The notes beneath the pieces are model-generated. The model was not told the origin of the DNA, ran no database searches, and saw nothing but the letters and a program-made list of their open reading frames with translations. A stretch of DNA of 64,000 bases from Balanoglossus misakiensis (lineage: Eukaryota; Animalia; Hemichordata). Shown here in pieces: positions 35,601-64,000 of this stretch (position 1 is the first letter of the stretch; each line of letters starts with the position of its first letter). The position numbers were made by a program, and so were the translations under genes. Location: NCBI GenBank assembly GCA_040954595.2, contig CM082593.2, positions 4,233,434-4,297,433 of the forward strand, read 5' to 3'.

Positions 35601-38139
35601 TTCTTGTATCCAAATTAGCATCATCGTATCGTAACAAGTCGAGTACTGAGCAAACACCAGTGATTTCTTGCAATCTTTCTTTGCTCGTGACCTTGTCAAG
35701 TTCATCAGCATCCAAGGTTTGGTCAAGATCGGCGTCATAGTAACCAAACATCATGCTGACAGCAAACTTCTTATTGACTGAAATTACACAAATATAATTT
35801 CAATAGTTTATAATTTATAGTACGAAAGATCAAATTGACATTTATGTTGTGAAGAGGTGTCCTCATCAGAGAGATAACAAATGTTCATAATGACAGGTTT
35901 CACTATGCATGCTAAGAAAGTATTGGTCAAATCTGATAACATACCCGATGGCATAGCATTGCCTGTGTCTGTCTGCGATTGGCTGAAATCCTCCAGGTGA
36001 TGATGTAACACTTGATCTTTCATTATGGCATAGCTGTCTTCATCACAATCATCGTCTGTTCAAAATAAAGGTATTATTGTCATCATCATGGAATTTACAG
36101 ATTGTACAATCATGTATGATTAATTGCTACGAGGAAATATAGTTTTGTCTTCTTCACTCAGTCGACTGATCCCTGAATCAGTCAACACAATTCTCACTGA
36201 ATTAATATGCCACTAAAGTGTTCCGCAAAACAATTTTAGGTCTACCTGGGGATAAAAAAAATTTCTTACTTTTGTAGAAGCACTCTTTGGTGTGTGCTAT
36301 TGCGATGCGTCTCCGTTCTAAACAGGCAGCCCGATGAAGCTCACAGTGGTTGTCATAGCGACGCCCGTCCGAACCACAGACTGGCTTGTGGTGTTGCTTA
36401 CAGAAGGACATACAGACGCACTCCGGTTGGTTGCTTGCACTAAGCTGACACTCCATCCCATGGCCACAATAGACACCATGACACTGGTCTGAGAATTAAC
36501 ATATTACAGTGAAAGCTATCAAGACATGAATCAACCATCACGGAAAGACAGTGTTATATAGAAAATAGTGTGTAGAAAAGTTGTGAACACAAAATAGTAT
36601 TACACTGAAGCATGGTTTGTGCAGTGATCTTGACTGCAGTTACTTACCAGGGATTTCTGAATCTTGCAATCGTATTCCATGTTTCTGTAGGAAAGAATTA
36701 AACATTTAATTTTTTTTATTCTTTAGTAATGTCAGTACATGAAAAATTATTGTTAACATATGTCAAGAGAGTAAATTAAATCAAGTTTGTCTATATAATC
36801 CAGTGTTTGGTTCAGTATTGGAATGTTAATTGTTTGCCTTGATTAAATACAAGGACATAGAAATTGCACAGTGATTATCATAATCAGTCATGATACACAT
36901 CTATGCAGTTGATTCAAGCTTTTTTGCTTGTTTGGCAGCTGAATTTGTGAACCATGACTCATAAGAACAAGAGTGAAGACGTCACAAGTCAAATAGAGCC
37001 TTATCATAGCTGTGACACATGTAGTTTCACCATCATAACCTGCAATGCATCATGGGTACTTTCGAACCAGTTCAGCAAAAGCATTGAGTGACATCACCTA
37101 ATAAGAATTCCCATTGATCATGCATATCTTTGATACGACGCATCTTAATTTTAAATAGCGTCTTCTTATCTCCTGCTGAGAAGTTCGTTGACTCCATTAG
37201 TGAGTAACTTTCAACTTCTTGGTACTACTGGGCTGTTTATTTTTCAGTTGACAGTCACATGACATTCAGCACTGAACTGCCATTATAATTTATATAAAGC
37301 AATAAAGTATGCATCAGGAAAAAAGGAGAGAAAATCTGCTTTGTCTGGAACAAGCATTCTGCATTAGTCAGTATATCTACTTTAGATAGCACAAGACAAT
37401 AATAAAAAGCCATATTAAATCGACAAGGCAGCTGAGCCACATCACATTTCATTGTGAACTTACGTACTGACCCATGGATAATGGCACGTCCATTGGACGT
37501 ACTATGGTATTTCCACGAGTTAGCCAGATGATCTCTAGAAATTGAAGCGTTCACAGCTGTTTACAGTAAATTACGAATGATAATGTAGGGAACACAGCAT
37601 CTGGGGCAATCTCTCCCCTTGATGCATATTAAGAATTGTCTCGCATCCATGGCCTCGCAAGGTAATCTACTAATCATGACTCACTTCGCAAGAAATTCGT
37701 GATGCGTACGCGATGTCTGACTGAAATGTACACACCCAGCGCCCTGTCTGAATAGCTAACGATTACGAATATAAAACAAACCACTGTATCTTTTAGAAAA
37801 CCCACGGATACAATAATATTTTTGTTGAATATAATATCCGGAATATATTAAGCCTACTCTGTACGGTCGATCACTAAAATGCACAGTACACAGTTTATAC
37901 AGATTGCAATATGGTGTAGTCAATTTCCAAGGTACAAAGGTCGCATTTTGTATTGATAACATCCCCAATTTAATACGTGTTATATGAAACTGTTCCAAAT
38001 AATGGAAGTCTGTTTATATTACCTTAAAATGAAGCTTTGTCCTCGCCTCAGATACAGCCACATGTACAACGACAAGCACACATAACGAAAGGATCATCTC
38101 CCGGCAGTACAGACGATAGTTGCTACATCGCGACATCAT
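32664..38139 (-). CDS. Follistatin-related protein 4/5-like (signal peptide, Kazal, EF-hand, 2 Ig domains, C-terminal beta-propeller-like region; about 816 aa)
   Basis: Eleven phase-consistent exons: 38139-38023, 36684-36648, 36488-36270 (KPVCGSDGRRYDNHCELHRAAC), 36055-35945, 35777-35571 (DADLDQTLDADEL; DDANLDTRIDIDEF), 35419-35253, 35165-35048, 34876-34715, 34504-34373, 34186-33933, 33590-32664 (KYIKHLDEVWVL, PYVSPDG, SGRFGQYLLTP). Total 2451 nt. The architecture is that of FSTL4/FSTL5. Confidence 0.93.
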
Positions 38140-41100
38140 GCCTGGAAAACAAGAAACGGACAATCATACGCGTTAAACATTCACAGAAAACACTAGACTG
38201 ATTCACACAAATATAGCTGTGGTTGAGTAATCTGACAATACCTTACGGCCAGTCACCTCATAGGGATGGCGAAGGGTATCAGAATCAAATGATGAGACGC
38301 TCAGGATCCGACCTATCGCTTCAGATTCAACCAGGGCTGCATCCACAAATAATGAGGAGGGGGTGGTTCTTAATTATGTTTATTCCCGATTATCATTCCC
38401 TATGCCGGCCGGACCCAGGCCCCGTTTTTAGCAGATGATCAGTCCCTAAATAAAAAATTCAATGAGTTGCTTTTGGATGTCTCAAAGAACAAGGTTTGTC
38501 TTTAAAACGAAAACAGTCTCGTCAGTCCAATCATATTTCAAATATATTTCATGAGCGCATGACGAGACGCGTAGACGCGCGCGCCACAAAAATCGTCGAT
38601 GTAGGTCTAATATACTAGTGATGCGTGAGTCATGCAAAATTGTCCACTTCTTGTGCACCGAATTTCTAAGGAATGTCATGGAAAAAACGAGTACATATAG
38701 CTAGACTGCAACGCATACATATAAGATGACGAAAGACGCACCTGCTTGTAATATCAACATATAAGAATGTTAGAAATGTAAAATTATGTAAGGTTGTGAC
38801 GTCAAAATGAATCTATGTAATTTCAGAACACAGAGCACTGATGGAGAGTCGGGGGCTTTCATACTCTGAGGAATCTGAATATAAGGAGGTTCAAAGTATC
38901 ATTAAAGTATCATATTTTTCGATATTTTTTTTATTTAAGAGGCTTGAAGGAAAACGATCTCATAACTCACTTACAGGTGCTGGAAATTCATTTTCTTCCC
39001 GAAGAATTCCCACATGGCAATAAATTTCTCATTAGCACGCCAATGTTATGAAATACAGCGAATGTAGGGCAAAGAACTAGAAATTATGTGTAATATTTTC
39101 AATATTGCGTTGCCATGGCAATTCATTGCCGATGACAAGGCAAGCTTTCAACATTGACACCTTTGAGTCGCTTAATAACGAGTATTTTATTGTCCTCGCC
39201 GTCAGTTTTCATCATATGAAAATATTTTCGAGGTTCCTTGTATTACATTCATGCTGTATTAAGCTCGATGAAAATTACTTTATCGATAACTCGGTCGCTA
39301 TTAGAATTGTAAATACACTGGCCAAAACTAATTACCAACAGATAATGAACATAGGTTACATTTGTAACTCAGTCACCGGACGTACCAGACTCGCATAACG
39401 GTAAAATCGCGATCGAATCGACTCGCGAAATACTTGCAATTCTCTAAATTATGTCTTAAGTTTGATATACGTTTTTAAACTTTCATTCGTCATCCTTTAG
39501 AAGAAATGACGCCACATTTTATGCGTTAAACATGTGTTCCTACATATCTGTTTGAATCCCATCTGTACATTTGCTCAAATCAAATAGGCAAGTTTGGATG
39601 CGTAACATGTTTTACGCGTTGTTAGAATTCCTTCAGCTTTGATTACTGTGTCTTTGAGGAATTATCCCGGGGTCGTCATCCATTTCGCCAGGAGCGCATT
39701 ATTCGTAAGCACGACGAATCCCACCGTTAATAAAAGTACTGAAATACCATGGAGAGACTGTACTGGGTCGATGTCAAAGTTCAATGTAGGAGGAACACAT
39801 TGATTTCTTTGGTTTTTCCTGCCTCCTTGAAACATAATCCGCAATGTTGATTACGGTTCGAAGTGTCCAACTGACGTGCTGAGAAGAACCAATAACGAAC
39901 CAATTACGAGCGTTTGCAAACCACGAGCCAACTGTTTTCTTGACTATTTACGCAGTATGCTCATCGTTTGCTCCAGGCTGTGACGAGGGTGAAATGTGCA
40001 AAAAGTGTGCATTTCGACTTCATTAGCAAATGAAATAGCGGTTTTGAAAAGAAGTTTTCACTAGAAGGGCAGAACCGTCTTTCACGAAAATTTGAAGATG
40101 AATTATCTGACGTCATCACGGCCCAGATCGATGTTCACCACGTTCAAATAAAACATTCCTCCTTGTACATGATGTAATTTTTACACTGGACATAAACGTT
40201 GCCGCGGGGTATTTCATATCCTCGGCGATGTTTTAAGATAAGTCATCCGATCTCTTCCGAGGTTAGATTCTTCCCTCGACGCCGACAAGGTGCGTGTTCG
40301 TCTTTTCTTGTTGACACGCACTATATAGAAGGTGTTTGCATTCTTCACGGCAAACACGCATTGCATACATTCAATATTTGAATGACTTTTGATTCGCCTT
40401 GAAATATTTTTGCGTCATTAAATTATTCACCACACTAAAAAAGACTTGGCTAGCATGAATCTTTATCCGTAAGCAAACAACGGCGACTTTGTTATCTACA
40501 AATTTAACTTCCCCAATCATTGAAATACTTATAGTGAGATATTAGGGATTGAGACAGTAAGGGCGTGTGGAGAGTGAACGAGGTTGAGTTCGTTCGATAC
40601 AGCATCCATTGCTAAATCTCTCGAGAATCACATATAATCTTCCGCGCTAGCAATATGTGCGTGACGTACGTAACATCATGCTGTATCGCTAACTCGCATT
40701 TAATTGATATCAATCAAATTGATGATGTTGGAAATAGGAAAGTCTTGTAAGTTGTAGATACAGTCTTAAGATTTACTTCAAATACATTTTAGTATCGCTT
40801 GATAATTATTTGTGTTTTATTCGATTATGAAAATAATTGTATTGTCATGTTTCTTTAAATGTTATTAAGAAAAAAAACAATCCGTGAAAGTACCTCCATC
40901 AGTCGCCTTTGGAAATATAAATGTACGAATAAATTTTTAGCATGCACGTTTCCTGTGTATTAATGTATTAAAACGCATTTCTGCAAATGCATTGTCAGAA
41001 TAAGCACAAATTGCTTAAAATGGCTGCCGTTTGGAATTCCAGACATGCTAAAGCGTTAGGATGTCTTACCTGTGAAATTGCTTACAAGGTGGAGGCTCTT

Positions 41101-41299
41101 CCCCGAGAACTACAGCTTTGGTTAGACGAAATGGCTGGCCAGACACCAGGGCTCCATACAACCAGTCTAACACGCCACTGTATTCAGCGAGCCAAGGGGC
41201 ATAGGGATGGAAATTCGGGCCGCCAATACGCGCTCTTCGCTCTTCTACGAGCGAACACAGATGGGAAGAAGCCAAGTGACGTGAATAATAATTTAATAT

Positions 41300-42126
41300 A
41301 TTAATTGAGAGACTATATGGCACTCCTATATCTCCCCCACGCATGCGCGCATTCTTAAATATCATGGTAAATTATTTACGTACAGTAGTACTGAAACAGA
41401 ATCAAATATCAATCGAATGAATCATTGTTTTCAAGGAGTACAGTGCGGTACAATACTCTAGTATACGTTTTTCACAATGGTTTATAAAGATGAAAAATAA
41501 GGTTAATTTTATCCGTAATTCAACTGATAATAGCGAAATTGCGGGTACTTATGATCACTTCTGAGATACAATTTCAGTAATATTATGGGGAGCAATATAC
41601 ACAGACTCTGAAATCGTTACCATTTATCATCATGAACGACCTTTTTACCACTGATAATACATCGAAACATTAAGGGGGGAAAGTCGCCAAATTTTTATAT
41701 ATTGCATCGTAGTTTAATTTATCAAAATATTTCGCAGACTTTATACTGTTTTACCCATCTGGTTGTGCAATGGAAAATAACAAAACGTAATTTTGTTGGT
41801 AATTTTAAATGTAACCCTATGGGTAGAGACTAATTCCACGTGCCAATGGTGCGCATGGTTCGAATCATTATTTACCGCATTTCAGTTCTGGACTAGAGTT
41901 TCTTTGGACACTTGTACGTACGTCAATGTCCTGTGCATGTGGTGGCCCAAAATAAATGTGACGTCATTCACTAAGAAAATCGCCCTCAACGTTGAGTACG
42001 TCTTTTTCTCATCTTCCCAGAATGCAACAAAATCAGCGAAAATGGGCAATATGGCTGTCTCATTGCATGGAATTAGAAATTTATCGTGTGCCGATTTCAT
42101 TGGGATTTTACAAGAGAATTAGTGAG
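41300..42126. promoter_or_regulatory. Candidate head-to-head promoter region between the FSTL-like gene (-) and WDFY3 (+)
   Basis: Minus-strand donor CAG|GTAAGA near 41069, NRF1-like GCATGCGCGCAT at 41341, CRE TGACGTCA near 41959, plus-strand donor GAG|GTAAGG at 42126, and acceptor TTTTAG| at 44067 upstream of the WDFY3 ATG. Confidence 0.4.
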
Positions 42127-42984
42127 GTAAGGAAATTACTCAAAGGAGGAAAAGTGCTGAAAAGGCATATGATTGTCGATCTTCTGATGTCTTATTCCGA
42201 TCGTCCGCATTTTGCTGTCAAGCATCGCATTTCTCTGTAGTGTATATGTATGCTAGACGCGAGAGGAGGGGCCAGCTCCCAGACACAACATGATACGTAT
42301 TTTGCAGACAGATCACATATATTCTACTGATGGGAAACTGGCCCTGACATTCGATCATAGCTGCAGTAGGTACACCGTGAACATCAGTCCCATAAAAGCC
42401 ATATTCCGAGGTTTATTCTCATGACTAGACCCAGAAATCCCGATCGACACCCTCGACATGACAGCACGATCGTCACTTCGTTGGTGGCCATGAATCCGTA
42501 CATCCTCAATATCCGTAACACTAACTTCTGCCACAAGGACATCTGAGAGCCCTTCCGGACAGTTCACGGAACAATAGTACTGCGTCTTGCCGTAATTAAC
42601 CGATTTCTTCTTCGTTGATCATTGGTTCTAGTACGTCAATAACGTAAATAAAACCCAACCGGAACCGTCAATCATGCACGGTTCAATTCAACATCCAAGT
42701 GTTGGTTTGGCAAAAAGCCCCACAACATTTCATGTTTTCAACATCAGTGTTGTTCAAATATATTTAAACACCATAAAATCATGGAGTAGAAGGCAGATCA
42801 GATCTGTGGTAGCTCCATGATCAGATGTAGCACCAAAAGGGGGAGGGGCAGGTGAATGTTTATATGGCTGCTGTCTGTTCTTTGTTGATTGCTTTTAACA
42901 TAACAATGCTCATTTGCATATATACTTAACACCTCCACCAGCATTGTTTCCCACTTGCATATAACTGTAGCCTTTCATAAATTA

Positions 42985-43047
42985 GTAGGCCTTTCTTATT
43001 TTAATTAGCAGGCCTTTCTTATTTTAATTAGCAAGCCCTTCTTATTT
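42985..43047. repeat. Short tandem repeat, about 2.5 x 24 bp (AGGCCTTTCTTATTTTAATTAGC-like)
   Basis: Directly visible repetition of GGCCTTTCTTATTTTAATTAGCA. Confidence 0.7.
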
Positions 43048-44115
43048 CTGTACACTTTGCAACTAAATCTCAGTGTCAAGCTTGCTAAATTGAGGTGAAA
43101 TGGACCCCTTGTCATGAATTGATGTTGGTCTGGAAACCAGAAAGCTCATGCCAGCCTAAAATAAAACACATGTACACGTCATCTAAATACATTCTGTTTG
43201 TCCTTTTGAACGTCTTTGAAAGCTCCATTATCTGTAATATTCTCAGGATATTAAAAACCAACCTGATTTAAAAGTGTTAAATCCATACTGTAGCAGGAGT
43301 CAGTTGTTTTGGTTTATGAGGGAGATTAGTTTGTCTGGCAGTGTCCCCCCAAGAATGTACTGTTAATCTCATTTCTTTCATGTAAATTGACGTTGATTTC
43401 ACCATTATTTGTGGCCTCGGCAGAAGGAGGATGTGTTGGGATCTTTGAAGGCCAAGTACAGTACCACACTTTAATCCAAGCTGTAACTCTTATAACACTG
43501 TCATCCAAATTAAAGTGTGAAAGCGAACACAAGGAAACAAAAATATGTGTGAAAATATTTACTTCTTTAAGTATAAATGTGTAATCCTATATTAGGTATC
43601 ATCCGTTGAACAATTGAAAGTGTGGCAGACTTCCTTGCATTTTGAAACATGGCATTATGCCAGATTCAAGAGTCGAATTCAAAACAGGAAGTTTGTGCAC
43701 CTATGACTGACTGATCTTTTCAAAAGCAGAGGTCAGCCTTAAGAACGAATTTATGTACAGCTTTGAAAATGGAATAAAGAATCTTAAAAAATTAACAGGG
43801 GACTGCTGTTATAAAGCTCCAATGGCTGTAACTATGTTTTCCGTTCTTTTGTTTTGTATATCTACTGCAGTTTCTTGTTCATATCCCGAAGCATGATGAA
43901 CTGCCCAGTACTTAACTTAATAACACAACCTGTAATTAGAGTACTCAATTACCATGCTGCACCTTACTGTAAGATCTTCTCACATCAGAATGACTCACAT
44001 CAAGATAAAAGAAACATCCACTGATTTATATAGATTTCTCTAATTACACTCCTGTGTCTGTTTTAGGACGTAATCATCTTCAACGGTAGGTGTTCAAAGA
44101 CAGAAACACAGAAAG

Positions 44116-64000
<19,885 letters not shown>

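Overview
Eukaryotic, intron-rich, AT-rich genomic DNA. Gene content, short introns and the transposon types suggest an invertebrate deuterostome (hemichordate, amphioxus or echinoderm-like; inference). By manual splicing I find seven protein-coding genes: NAF1 (-, 3' end unresolved at the left edge), two tandem two-pore-domain K+ channels of the TRESK/TWK-18-like type (-), TIMM23 (+), a RASSF2/4/6-like gene (+), an FSTL4/5-like gene (-) and WDFY3/ALFY (+, about 56 exons, running off the right edge). Non-coding structure includes a 37 x 28-bp minisatellite, a ~570-bp near-perfect palindrome between two convergent genes, and several MITE-like elements. The most interesting signal is in one K2P paralog. 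Its first selectivity filter is only visible after splicing across a GC-AG intron, and it reads TTIGDG (the filter type of the non-selective bacterial NaK channel, TVGDG), while the neighbouring paralog keeps TTIGYG. No CRISPR array, rRNA, tRNA or autonomous transposase was found.
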